A stretch of 64,000 bases of DNA from an uncultured Gemmatimonadaceae bacterium (GTDB lineage: Bacteria; Gemmatimonadota; Gemmatimonadetes; Gemmatimonadales; Gemmatimonadaceae): positions 1,440,001-1,504,000 of the forward strand of contig OY970320.1 in the NCBI GenBank assembly GCA_963716745.1, read 5' to 3'. Both the position numbers and the translations under genes were made by a program. This document shows positions 8,555 through 19,559 of this stretch, one piece after another. Position 1 is the first letter of the stretch. Each line of letters begins with the position of its first letter. Below the pieces are notes generated by a model. That model made no database searches, was not told the DNA's origin, and saw only the letters and a list, made by a program, of their open reading frames with translations.

Positions 8555-11053
8555 TTACGGGCAGGCCGCCGCCATCTGCGCCTGCGGGATCGTGATGATC
8601 ACGACACCGAACTGCGTGGCGCCCACCACCACCGTGTTGCCGCCGGGCAGCAGCGCCGCCTTGATCGGGCCGATGACCGGGTCGCGGGTGGGGACGAGCA
8701 TGCAGCGTTGGCCGTTGTTCGTGTTGTAGACCTCGATCTGCGGCTGCGTAGACGATGAGAACATCATCTCCGTACCGCCGGTCGCGCCGGGGCGCGGCTC
8801 GCCGAAATTCTTCGGGTGGAAGTCGATGCCCGCATTGCCGCCTGAAGTCTGCAGCATACCCGTGAGGCGGAGCGTGGCATTGACCATGTAGGTCGAGTCG
8901 GCGCGGATCGCGTTGTTGAGACCATCGAGATTGACCGCCACACCCGAAACCCTGGTGGACGTGTTGGCGATGAAGTCGAGGACGTCCGTCGGCGCCGAGA
9001 TGCCGGCGTCGATCACCGGCACCGGGAGCACGTACGTGTGCCCCTTGTCCGTGAAGGTCGGGATCAGCCCCGGATTGACCGCGTATGTGAGAGCGCGCGC
9101 ATTCGAGAGATTCCCCACGCCGCCGACCTGCCCACCCTCGCCGAACACCGCGTGAGCGAAGTCGCCCGAGTTGCGCGTAAAGGTCGTGTCGCGGAAGCCG
9201 AGCTCGGCGACGCGGAATTGGATCGAGTAGAAGGACGTATCGGGGCCCGTGATGAACGGACCCTGGCGGAAGGGCACGAGGAACACGTGAGCGCCATAGC
9301 CGGCCGACGGGAACCGCTCGATCTCGAGCGTATCCAGGGTACCATTGCCCAACTGACCGATCGCCTGTTCGAAGAAGAAGTGCGAGGTCTGGTTGCTCAG
9401 ATCCTCCCAGCGAATGCTGCCTTGACCCGGGAAGGGGAGCGTCTGCCCGGGGGTCGGCGTCGTGGAGTACGCCAGCAGCACATCGCCGCAGGCGCCGGCA
9501 CCCTTGCACGTGGCCGCGACGTACTGCGGCCGGTCGCTGAAGTCGTAGACCGTGCGGGTCTCGACGATCTGCTGGTTGGCGTTGAGGACCGAAGTCACTT
9601 TGTACGCAATGATGTTCGGCAACGCGTAGCGCTTGAACTCCGCGCCCGCATTGACGTCCACATAGCTGATGTGCGTGGCACCGGAGAGCGCGACGAGCAA
9701 CGTGTCCGACATCGTTCCCGGATTTCCGCCCGCGCCATGATCGAGCGGCCAGGCCGTGATGCCCCACGGCTGGAAGCCGACCGGAATCGCCGGGTGGAAC
9801 GTCGAGTCGCTGAGCGAGAAGACGTCGAGCTCGTTCCGGGTGATGTTCGTGAGGTAGATCGAGTTCGTTGGCGGATGATAGATCCCGTCCGCGACCAGGC
9901 CGCCGTTCGGCAGCGGACGCGTGAGACCCGCCACGACCGTCACCGTATCGAGGCGCACGGGCCCGACCGTGCCCACCGGAATGCGCGCCGTATCCTGCCG
10001 GCCGTTTCCGTTGGTGGCGAACGCCATCACGCGCACCTGCTCCGGGAAGACCGCCACCGGCAGCGCCATGGTAAACGTGTGGATCACCGACGAGAAGTTG
10101 CCGGCAATGATCACCGAGTCCGTTTGCACCAGCGCATTCGCGGGCGGCATCGTGGTGATCTTGTAACCGATCACCTTGATGTTGTTCAGGTCCTTGGCCG
10201 TCACATGGATCGTGTCGGTGGTCTCGATGCGCTTCGTGATCCCGTAATCGACCACCGGGATCGTGTTCGCACCGCCGGTCGCCAGCACGTTGATCGTGAC
10301 GATGTTGCCGACATAGAGCGTGCCCAACGAATCGTACATGAATGGCGTGAGCTGCGCCGCGCCCGCCACCGCGCCCACGAAGCTGATCGACGAATCGACG
10401 CCGGTGGAGTCCTTGAGCGGGCTGTTGAAGACCACGGAGTCGCGCTTGGCCGGGTTGAAGACGCCGCCCGCCTGCTGCACGATCCATCCGAGCGACTTCA
10501 CCTTAATGCCGGACTTGCCGCTGATCGACATGGCGATGCCCGAGCCGATTACGGCGCTGTCGCCGGTGCGGGGCGCCGTGAACCTTACGATCGACGGGCT
10601 GCCGCCGCCCGTGACCATGAGCAGCGTGTCGACGCGCGAGATGTTGTGCGCACCGTCCACCGACTGGCCGAGAATCGTGACCTGCGTTCCGATCGGCACC
10701 GTGGGCGGCACATTGATCATGCAGACGCGGGAGAACGTGGTGACCGCGCTATTGAATGTCGTATCGCAGACCGCGGCGAGCTGGCCCGTTTGGGAGCCGG
10801 CGACGGCATCCACGTGCAGGAGGCCGAGATTGTCGGTCGCCGAGATCGTGAAGGACAGCGACGAGTCGGTCACGGCGCCCGGCGCGAGACTCACTGTGGG
10901 CGGGTTCTTGTCGCTGAGCCCGTTCGTCGCGTCGCTCGAAACGCAGCTCGCGAGCGTGAACGCGAGCGCGACCGCCGCCGCGAGGCGGGCGGCGCGAGGG
11001 CGGCCGGAGGCAAGGGTGCGCGTGTCCATGGACGGCATCATAGGAATTCTCAC
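8555..11053 (-). CDS. Large secreted lipoprotein, Ig-like N-terminal domains plus probable beta-propeller (start could be 11029-11053)
   Basis: Lipobox LASC after a hydrophobic stretch; PPTVSL...SATDNLGL Ig-like repeats; YVTN-like segments (IYLTNITRNELDVF, IPVGFQPWGI); directly after pilQ. Confidence 0.7.
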   Translation of the reverse strand: MRIPMMPSMDTRTLASGRPRAARLAAAVALAFTLASCVSSDATNGLSDKNPPTVSLAPGAVTDSSLSFTISATDNLGLLHVDAVAGSQTGQLAAVCDTTFNSAVTTFSRVCMINVPPTVPIGTQVTILGQSVDGAHNISRVDTLLMVTGGGSPSIVRFTAPRTGDSAVIGSGIAMSISGKSGIKVKSLGWIVQQAGGVFNPAKRDSVVFNSPLKDSTGVDSSISFVGAVAGAAQLTPFMYDSLGTLYVGNIVTINVLATGGANTIPVVDYGITKRIETTDTIHVTAKDLNNIKVIGYKITTMPPANALVQTDSVIIAGNFSSVIHTFTMALPVAVFPEQVRVMAFATNGNGRQDTARIPVGTVGPVRLDTVTVVAGLTRPLPNGGLVADGIYHPPTNSIYLTNITRNELDVFSLSDSTFHPAIPVGFQPWGITAWPLDHGAGGNPGTMSDTLLVALSGATHISYVDVNAGAEFKRYALPNIIAYKVTSVLNANQQIVETRTVYDFSDRPQYVAATCKGAGACGDVLLAYSTTPTPGQTLPFPGQGSIRWEDLSNQTSHFFFEQAIGQLGNGTLDTLEIERFPSAGYGAHVFLVPFRQGPFITGPDTSFYSIQFRVAELGFRDTTFTRNSGDFAHAVFGEGGQVGGVGNLSNARALTYAVNPGLIPTFTDKGHTYVLPVPVIDAGISAPTDVLDFIANTSTRVSGVAVNLDGLNNAIRADSTYMVNATLRLTGMLQTSGGNAGIDFHPKNFGEPRPGATGGTEMMFSSSTQPQIEVYNTNNGQRCMLVPTRDPVIGPIKAALLPGGNTVVVGATQFGVVIITIPQAQMAAACP

Positions 11054-11068
11054 CAGGAAGGCGGCGGC

Positions 11069-13027
11069 TTAGTGTTCGGAGCCCGGCGGGCCAAGAGCCT
11101 CGCCTTCATCCACAATGTGCGGCGTGATCAAGATGATCAGGTCGTTCTTCGTCTCTTCCGTGCGGGTCTCGCCGAACAGCTTGCCGATGAACGGCAGGTC
11201 GACGAGGATCGGAATGCCGGTCTTGTCCTGGAGCACGTGCGAATCGGTGAGGCCGCCAATGACCGCGGTCTCGCCATCGCCCACGAGCACTTCGTTGTCG
11301 GCGCGCTGCTTGTCGATCACGTAGCCGAGGTCGGCCGACGCGGGCGTCACCGTGGAACGCTCGGCGTGCACGACCAGCAGAACCTGCCGGTTGTTCGTGA
11401 TGTGCGGCGTGACCGTGAGGATGATACCGGTCTCCTTGTAGGCGACCGTCGAACGCGGCGCCGTCGCGACCGCACCGCCCGTCGTCAGCGACCCGACGTC
11501 GACGATACGGATCGGGATCTCCTGTCCGGACATGATCTCGGCCTTCTTGTTGTCGAGCGTCACGACGCTCGGCTCCGCCTGGACGTCGGCGAGCCGCGTT
11601 TCCTGGAGCGCGTCGATGAAGGCCGTGAGGTTGAACTTGCCGATCGTGGTGGTGAAGAGCAGCTGCAGCGCCGGGTTCACCACGCGCTGGTTGGCGTTGG
11701 TGATCAGCGCGAGCGAATTGCCGCCGATGTCCACCACCGTCTGGTTCGTCGGATAGCCCTTCGCCGAGACCCCGTCCGGAACGCCGTCGCCGTTCGTGTC
11801 CACCGGCTGGAAGGTGGACGGGTCGGGGCGCTGGACGAGCTTATTGAAGAACGTGCTGGCCGTTCCGAGGTCGTACGAGACGCCAATGTCCTGGATGCTC
11901 GTGCGATCGACCTCGATGATCTTGGCCTTGATCGCGACCTGCGGCGTGCGAACGTCGAGGTCGCGGATGTAATTGATCATGTCGAGAAGGCGCGAGCCGA
12001 CGTCGGTCACGATGAGCCGGTTGGACGCGGAGTCAAAGGACACATCGCCGCGCGAGGTGCAGCCGGAATTGCCGTAGCCCGGGCTGTTCTGGACGGTGCC
12101 CGAGTTGGAGCTGCCGTAGCCGAGGCCCGCGCACTCCTTGGAGAGCAATCCCTTCACCGAGGGCAGGAGCGAGGACGCGCGCGCATAGTTGAGCGAGATC
12201 ATCTGCGTGGTGAGCGGCTCGGACGCCTGCTGCTTGCCGAGGTTATCGAAGGAGTCGACCGTGATGATGCCGTCGGCGTCTTCCTTCGCGGCCAGGCCCT
12301 GCGACTGCAGGATGGCGCGGAGGGCGACGTCCCACGGCTGGTCGCGCACTTCGGCGGTGACGGTCCCCGTGACGCCCTTGCCGACCACGATCGTGCGGCC
12401 GGAGAAGAGCGCGAAGGCGGCGATGACGTCGCGGATATCGGCGTCGACGTAGGTGACGGTGATGCGCGGCTGCGAGGAGCTGGAGACGAAGTTGGACTGA
12501 CGGGCGGCCTTGACGTTCGCGTGGCCGCCGAGGATGCGGTCGGCGCCGCCCGACGCGTAGTTCGCGGCGGGCGCGGCGGCGATCGACGGCGAGGTGGCCC
12601 ACGTGCCGAAGCTGCCGGCCGAGACGCCATCAATAGTAAGGCGCACGTCATCGGCGCCGCGCTTCAGCGTGTATTTGTGGTCGCCATCGAGTTCGATGAC
12701 CACGCGCACGACGTCGTCGCGGTACTGCGCGATGCGAATGTTCGTGATCCCGCCGCGCGGCACCTTGTCGTAGAGACGCGACGTGCCGGTGAAGGTGGCA
12801 CCCTTGAGGTCGAGGATGATGCGGGCTGGTGAGGCGAGCGCAAAATCCGAGACGTCGACGGAGCCGTCAACGGCGATGACCACTTCGGCGCGACCCGAAG
12901 CGGGAACGATGCTGAGGGCGCGTACCTCGCCGCCCTTGGCTGCATCAGTCGTTGCGTCGCGGGGATTGGGCGTTTTGAAGCCCATCGTCACCACGGCGAT
13001 CCCTACCAGCGTCCAGATGCGGCTCAT
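11069..13027 (-). CDS. pilQ: Type IV pilus secretin with AMIN domain
   Basis: AMIN-like PARIILDL...VVRVVIEL; N domains (DADIRDVI, PWDVALRAIL); secretin core PQVAIKAKIIEV, GIILTVTPHI, GETAVIGGL, LIILITPHIV. Confidence 0.93.
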   Translation of the reverse strand: MSRIWTLVGIAVVTMGFKTPNPRDATTDAAKGGEVRALSIVPASGRAEVVIAVDGSVDVSDFALASPARIILDLKGATFTGTSRLYDKVPRGGITNIRIAQYRDDVVRVVIELDGDHKYTLKRGADDVRLTIDGVSAGSFGTWATSPSIAAAPAANYASGGADRILGGHANVKAARQSNFVSSSSQPRITVTYVDADIRDVIAAFALFSGRTIVVGKGVTGTVTAEVRDQPWDVALRAILQSQGLAAKEDADGIITVDSFDNLGKQQASEPLTTQMISLNYARASSLLPSVKGLLSKECAGLGYGSSNSGTVQNSPGYGNSGCTSRGDVSFDSASNRLIVTDVGSRLLDMINYIRDLDVRTPQVAIKAKIIEVDRTSIQDIGVSYDLGTASTFFNKLVQRPDPSTFQPVDTNGDGVPDGVSAKGYPTNQTVVDIGGNSLALITNANQRVVNPALQLLFTTTIGKFNLTAFIDALQETRLADVQAEPSVVTLDNKKAEIMSGQEIPIRIVDVGSLTTGGAVATAPRSTVAYKETGIILTVTPHITNNRQVLLVVHAERSTVTPASADLGYVIDKQRADNEVLVGDGETAVIGGLTDSHVLQDKTGIPILVDLPFIGKLFGETRTEETKNDLIILITPHIVDEGEALGPPGSEH

Positions 13028-13794
13028 TGCGCCCTCGCGGTCGTCGTTGCGTTCATCCCTAGCGCTTCCTGTCGAGTCATACCGATCTCTTCGATCGTGA
13101 AGATCACTTGCTGCGGACGGATCTGGTTCACGCGCATCCGGCCGAGTGTCTGGCCAACCTTCACCCGGTACTGTTCCTTGGTCTGCAGGTCGCGCAGAAT
13201 AGCGACGCTCCGACCCTGCGGGTCGTAAATCACGGCGACGAGGCGAAGGTCGGAGACCATTGGCCGGAGGTCGCCCGTGCGCATGAGCGAAAGGAACGGA
13301 TCGCGGCGGTTATCGGCCTGGTAGGTGAAGGTCTCCCGGAGGAGCGAGATCTCAGACTTGCCGCCGCGTTGCGAGACCGAGCTGGACTGGTCGGGCGCGG
13401 GGGCGGGCGCGGCGGGCGCCGGTGCGGCCTTGGCGCCCTTGGCCTGAGTGGTCGTTTGTGCGGTCGTGGCCGCGCCCTTGGCTGGCGCGGGGGCTGGCGG
13501 CACTACTGTCGGCTTGCTGGCCTGTTGCTGCGCAGGGGCAGCGGCAGGCCGCGGGGCCGGCGCCTGAGCCGTCGTTTTCGTGTACGGCGTTGCCGTGGGC
13601 TGCGCGGCCGACTGCGGTGGCGGCGCGCCGGTATTCTGCTCCGCCTGGATATGCTGATTGGTCGCCGCGGCCGCGTTCGTAGCCGCGGTCTTCGGCGCCG
13701 TGATGTTCGGCATCGACTGCGCGGCGGCGTTCATGCCGGCGGCAGAGATCGCGGCGGAGGCCGCGAGCGCGACGATACGGATGCGTGCGCTCAT
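13024..13794 (-). CDS. pilP: PilP-like pilus assembly protein with long Pro/Ala/Gln linker
   Basis: YQADNRRDPFLSL...LRLVAVI...AIL...YRVKVGQTLG...I motif; lies between pilO and pilQ. Confidence 0.75.
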   Translation of the reverse strand: MSARIRIVALAASAAISAAGMNAAAQSMPNITAPKTAATNAAAATNQHIQAEQNTGAPPPQSAAQPTATPYTKTTAQAPAPRPAAAPAQQQASKPTVVPPAPAPAKGAATTAQTTTQAKGAKAAPAPAAPAPAPDQSSSVSQRGGKSEISLLRETFTYQADNRRDPFLSLMRTGDLRPMVSDLRLVAVIYDPQGRSVAILRDLQTKEQYRVKVGQTLGRMRVNQIRPQQVIFTIEEIGMTRQEALGMNATTTARAQ

Positions 13795-14423
13795 TTCTTG
13801 GCTCCGCTCTTCTTGGGACCGGGTTGATCCATGTTCTGCGGCTTGGCGACGAACGTCTGAAGCTCGAAGCGCGCCTCGACCACGGCGTCGTCCGACGTCT
13901 TGCGCGTCGCCTTCGACAGATTCGGATTCGTCGGCGCGGCGAGCGACAAATTCACGGGCAGGATGATGCGGGTCAGGTTGCCGACGTTGGCGAAGAACTC
14001 GCCCAGCGCGTTGTAGCCGCCCACGACGGTCATCTTGTAGCGGTAGGTGTCGTAGTTCTCGCCCTCGATGACCGCCTGCGGATCGACCGCGGACACGTCG
14101 AGGCCGGCGCGACGCGCGGCGGTGGAGACTTGCTCGAGCAGTGACGGCACCTCGTTGCCCACAGGCACGAGGGTGCGGATGAGCACGAGGTTCTGCTGAT
14201 ATTCGGCGAGTTGGCGCCGCAGCTGGTCGAGGCTCCCCTTGGTCATCTCCGACTTCGCCTTCTCATTCACGGAGAGGAGGCGCTCGAGCTGCTCGCGCTT
14301 CGCCTGGATCTCGTTCGCTTTGGGCCGGTACACGTAGTACCAGTCGACGGCGATGAGCAGGATGGCGAGCACGCCCACGAGGGTCATGACCTGTTCGCGC
14401 TGTCCCTTCGGAGGAAAGGCCAT
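13791..14423 (-). CDS. pilO: Type IV pilus assembly protein PilO
   Basis: TM helix, coiled coil, LVPVGNEVPSLLEQVS, GGYNALGEFFANVGNLTRII. Confidence 0.9.
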   Translation of the reverse strand: MAFPPKGQREQVMTLVGVLAILLIAVDWYYVYRPKANEIQAKREQLERLLSVNEKAKSEMTKGSLDQLRRQLAEYQQNLVLIRTLVPVGNEVPSLLEQVSTAARRAGLDVSAVDPQAVIEGENYDTYRYKMTVVGGYNALGEFFANVGNLTRIILPVNLSLAAPTNPNLSKATRKTSDDAVVEARFELQTFVAKPQNMDQPGPKKSGAKK

Positions 14424-14425
14424 GG

Positions 14426-15172
14426 CTACCTCACCGCAAGTGAAACGGGTACGGTCTTGATCGCCGACGGGTCAGGCGTCTGGTAGAACGCCGTGAGCGT
14501 GAACTCGGTGACCTCTTTGCCGTCGATGAGAATGATCGACGACTTGTCGAGCTGGACGTTCTCGAGGAAGGGTGACGCCTCGAGGAGCTTCATGAAGCGC
14601 GTGAGCGCCTGGATATCGACGGTGTTGCCGATGATGCGGAGCCGCACGCGGGGCACGGTGCTGCTGTCCACCTCGGGCAGCTTGGCCGGACCGGCCTTCG
14701 GCGCCCCGGCTGCGGCGCCGGGCGGCGTGGCCGACGTGACGGGCGAGCTCGAGTTCGTCTGCTGCACCTGGGTGATCCACGTATACGGCGGCAGCGCGCG
14801 GCTGATCTCGTCCATGATGTGGGGCCAAACGAAGCGCTTGTTGTCGAAGCTCTTGATGAGCTCGACCTGGCGCACGACGGAATCCCGCTCGGCCTCGGCG
14901 CGCCGCTTCTCGCGGATCACGCCGGTGAAGCGCGTGGAGTCGCTGACCGCGCTCTGGAGGCGAGTGTCGAGGTCGGCCGCTTGGCCGCGCTGCCACCACA
15001 TCGCGCCGGCGATCACCGCGGCCGATACGACGACGGCCCCCAACATGCCGATGAGGTAGGGATCCTTGACCTTGCTGACGATGCCCGCGGCGGCGCCGGC
15101 GAAGTCGACGCCGGGTCCGCTGCGACCACGAGCTTTCGCGGTGGTGCCAGGAAGTAGATTGATCTCAATCAT
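14426..15172 (-). CDS. pilN: Type IV pilus assembly protein PilN
   Basis: N-terminal MIEINLLP, TM helix, WPHIMDEISRALP, FMKLLEASPFLENV. Confidence 0.92.
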   Translation of the reverse strand: MIEINLLPGTTAKARGRSGPGVDFAGAAAGIVSKVKDPYLIGMLGAVVVSAAVIAGAMWWQRGQAADLDTRLQSAVSDSTRFTGVIREKRRAEAERDSVVRQVELIKSFDNKRFVWPHIMDEISRALPPYTWITQVQQTNSSSPVTSATPPGAAAGAPKAGPAKLPEVDSSTVPRVRLRIIGNTVDIQALTRFMKLLEASPFLENVQLDKSSIILIDGKEVTEFTLTAFYQTPDPSAIKTVPVSLAVR

Positions 15173-15193
15173 GTCGCGACCTTGTCAGTTGGG

Positions 15194-16238
15194 TCAGGCG
15201 ACCTGGCGGAGCGCCAGTCCGATGGGCAGCATCAGCAGCGGAGCGACTTCATCCATGACGAGCGATTCAAAAGCGCCGTCACGTACTCGCAAGCGCTGCA
15301 ACGGGGTAGCCATTGTCACGGGAATGCGAAGCCGCGCCGCGAGCGCCTCGGTAAGACCGGGGACGCGGGCGCCGCCGCCGCACGTGTACGCGGCCTTGAG
15401 CTTCGCCGCCGAACGGGACGAGCTCGCGAGGAACGCGGCCGCGCGCTCGATGCCGACAGCAAGCTCTTCGCCGCGCGTTTCGGTGATCGACTGCGAGGTG
15501 CGGCGAGCGCTCGAAGCCCTGGAGCAGACCGTCGGCCTCCTCCGCGCTCAGTCCGCGCTCGCGCTGCAGATCCTCGCGGAAGCGGCGCGTGCCCACCGAG
15601 ATGTCGCGGGTGAGCAGCGGCACGCCGTCGTCGAGGATGTTGATGTTCGTGACTTCGTGGCCGATGTTCACGAGGCAGACCACGCCGCTCATCGCTTCGG
15701 GGTAGTTCACCTCGAACGCGTTGTGGAGCGCGAAGGCGTCCACGTCCACGATGGTCGGCTGGACCTCGGCGTCCACCAGCAGCCGGATCTTGCCCTCGAT
15801 GAGGTCGCGCTTGGCGGCCACGAGGAGCACGCTCATCTCGAGGCCATCGGCGTCGGGATCGAGGATCTGGAAATCGAGCTCGACCGACTCCATGTCGAAG
15901 GGCACGTGCTGCTCCGCTTCCCAGCGGATCAGTTCGCGCGCCTGCTGTTCCTTCACACGGTCGATCTGGATCTTCTTGATGATCACGTCGCGGCCGCCCA
16001 CGGCGGTAACGACCGACTTCCCCTTCGCGCCCGTGCTGCCGAGCGCGGTGCGGATCGCATCGGCCACGATCCCTGGATCCATCACTTCGCCTTCGACGAT
16101 CGCATCCGCGAGCAACGGCGCGATGCCGACTCGCACGAGCTCGGGCTCCGAGCGGCTGTGATCCACGACTGCGACCTTGATGAGACCGGATCCAATGTCC
16201 AGGCCGATCGTCGTCTTCTTCTTGCCGAAGAGCGCCAT
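15194..16238 (-). CDS. pilM: Type IV pilus assembly protein PilM (apparent +1 frameshift near 15493)
   Basis: IGLDIGSGLIKV, WEAEQHVPF, VDVDAFAL, VNIGHEVT; continues in the next frame as ...RGEELAVGIERA...CGGGARVPGL...LPIGLALRQVA*. Confidence 0.9.
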
Positions 16239-16440
16239 GTGAGGGGCCGAGGTTGGTGGAAGCGAAAACGCACGCGTTGATGCGCGCGCCAATGAACACG
16301 AATACGAGCCGACACCGAACTTCGACCGACCGGTGCCAAGGCGTTATCGCTTATCACACGAGCCGGGCGGGCTAAAGTAACGCGTGATGTCGGAACGCCA
16401 TCTCGTTTCGTGAGAGCAAGCAAGGCACGCCGCGGTCCGC

Positions 16441-16875
16441 TCACGGCATCGGCGTCCATGAGTGGGAGGCCGCGCGAACTGCGTGCTGAGCGGAGTCGAG
16501 CTGGACGAACAATGAGAGGCGGGCGCGCGCCGCGAGTGCGGGCGGTCCGGCGGCGCGCGACTCCACGAGAAGCAGGAAACTGCCGGGCGCGAGCCGCACG
16601 ATGAGTACCGTGTGGGTGATGCCGCCGCCGGCGTGCGCGCGAACCGCCACGAGACCCGGTGCGCCGGCTGCCGACCACGCGCTGTCCCACTCGGCGGGAG
16701 TGGTGGCGAGCGTGAGAGCACGTTCGGCTCGCGCCATGGCTCCCGCCCGTGCCACTGCCCCGGCTGCATCGCGCATCGCCTGCCCCGCCGCCATCACCGC
16801 GCCGGCGGCGATCGCGCCCGCGACCACGAGCGCGGCGAGCACCATCGCGAGGGCCATGCCGCGGCGCCGGTTCAT
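16441..16875 (-). CDS. PilX/GspK-like minor pilin
   Basis: Prepilin-type MNRRRG|MALAMVLAAL lacking Glu5, as is typical of PilX; follows PilW-like gene. Confidence 0.7.
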   Translation of the reverse strand: MNRRRGMALAMVLAALVVAGAIAAGAVMAAGQAMRDAAGAVARAGAMARAERALTLATTPAEWDSAWSAAGAPGLVAVRAHAGGGITHTVLIVRLAPGSFLLLVESRAAGPPALAARARLSLFVQLDSAQHAVRAASHSWTPMP

Positions 16876-16879
16876 GGCG

Positions 16880-17751
16880 TTAGTTGCGGAGCGCGATGGA
16901 CGCGCTAGCGGAGTCGCGCACCGCCGCGCCGGCCGGTGAGGCCCCGGACGCGGATGAATTGACGGTGACGATGATGCTCGCGACCGCCGCGGGCGGAGCG
17001 GCGGCGCCGAGCGAATCGACATAGGAAAAGCGAATGCCGGCCGCGTCGTACGGGCCGCTGACGGGTTGCACGATGGAGCACGGCGTCGCGCGGGTGGAAA
17101 GGCAATCGAAGAAACCGAGATACCATTTGGCGTCGGCGGCGCGATAGAGTTCGAACCGCGCGCGCCGGACGAAGCGGACGGCGGCGCCGGGGTCCACTGC
17201 GGGGGCGAGCGGCGGCGAGAAACGGATGCTCCATCCTTCCGCCGCCTCCGCAGGACTCGCGGTGAAGCCGCTCGTCTCGGGGCACGCGAGCGCCGCTCGA
17301 CGGATCGGAGGTGAGCACATGCCGGTCCCAGCGATCATCGGCGGGTCCGGGTCCGCCGGGATCGAACACCAGCATGGTATCACCGTCATTGGGTGCGGCG
17401 ACCCAACTCGTGAGCCCGAGCGCCGACACGTCGACGCAGCGGCGGGAGCACCGCGGCGTCGCGCGATGCGGCGATGGTGCACAGCACCGACGCGCCGATC
17501 AGCATGCGGAACTCGACGTGATCGGGCGCGGTGGCGTACAAGTCGCCATCGGCCGCCGACAGGGCGCGCAGGTCGGCGGAGAGCACATCCACGGCCTGGC
17601 GCACGGCGGCGTGCGCGATGGCCGCGCGCGCATCCGCGGCGTAGAAGCGCTGCTGCCGCACGGCAGAATCCATCACCGCGGCGCCGATCGCGCAGGCGAG
17701 CACCACGGCGACGAGCAGCTCGACGAGGGAGAAGCCGCGTGGTACTAGCAC
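16880..17751 (-). CDS. PilW-like minor pilin (two apparent +1 frameshifts, about 17430 and 17290)
   Basis: PRG|FSLVELLVAV prepilin site with Glu5; DVLSADLR; C-terminus SASIALRN; paired cysteines. Confidence 0.72.
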
Positions 17752-18113
17752 GGGAACGCACTCTCCAGCACGAAAACCACCGGCGCGCGGCCAGCCGTCG
17801 TGGGGACGCTCACGCTGTCCTGCGCCGTGGTGGCTCCATTCGCGGTGACGGTGGTCCACCGGTCGATGATGCCGTTCGTCGCCGACACGCCGGACGTGCG
17901 CGCGGCGCAGGGTCGGCTGCGCAGTTCTTCAAGCCGCGACCAGGCGATGGCGGCGGCGCGCGCACGCTGCACGCCCGCGGCGCCGAGGCGTTCCACAGCG
18001 AGTTCGGTGCCGGCGAGGCCGAGCAGTCCTACCGAGAAGAGCGTGATGGCAACGAGACATTCCGCGAGCGTGAAGCCGGCGGCGGTGCGGCGGAGTTGAT
18101 GGCGATGGGGCAC
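17745..18113 (-). CDS. PilV-like minor pilin
   Basis: AAG|FTLAECLVAITLFSVGLLGL with Glu5; A...SRLEELRS motif. Confidence 0.78.
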   Translation of the reverse strand: MPHRHQLRRTAAGFTLAECLVAITLFSVGLLGLAGTELAVERLGAAGVQRARAAAIAWSRLEELRSRPCAARTSGVSATNGIIDRWTTVTANGATTAQDSVSVPTTAGRAPVVFVLESAFPC

Positions 18114-18209
18114 GGGCGCCTGCTGGTGAGGGGCGCCGGCAATCTGCTTCGGGTCGTGCTCGGCTGTGTCACCCGTCCGTCTCGCGACGGAGCGGAACAT
18201 CGCGCGCGC

Positions 18210-19555
<1,346 letters not shown>

Positions 19556-19559
<4 letters not shown>

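Noticed and set aside
9038..12832. Very long + strand ORF (1264 aa) and similar antisense ORFs throughout
   Set aside because: Shadow ORFs opposite clear genes, expected from high-GC codon bias; no recognisable motifs
16240..16440. Sigma54 promoter upstream of pilM (TTGGCAC on the minus strand near 16333-16339)
   Set aside because: No GC at the required -12 spacing; none found upstream of the pilV-like gene either
15194..17751. pilM and pilW-like as true pseudogenes
   Set aside because: Isolated single-base indels with no other decay, and the same pattern occurs in housekeeping trmFO; error is more parsimonious pending read check
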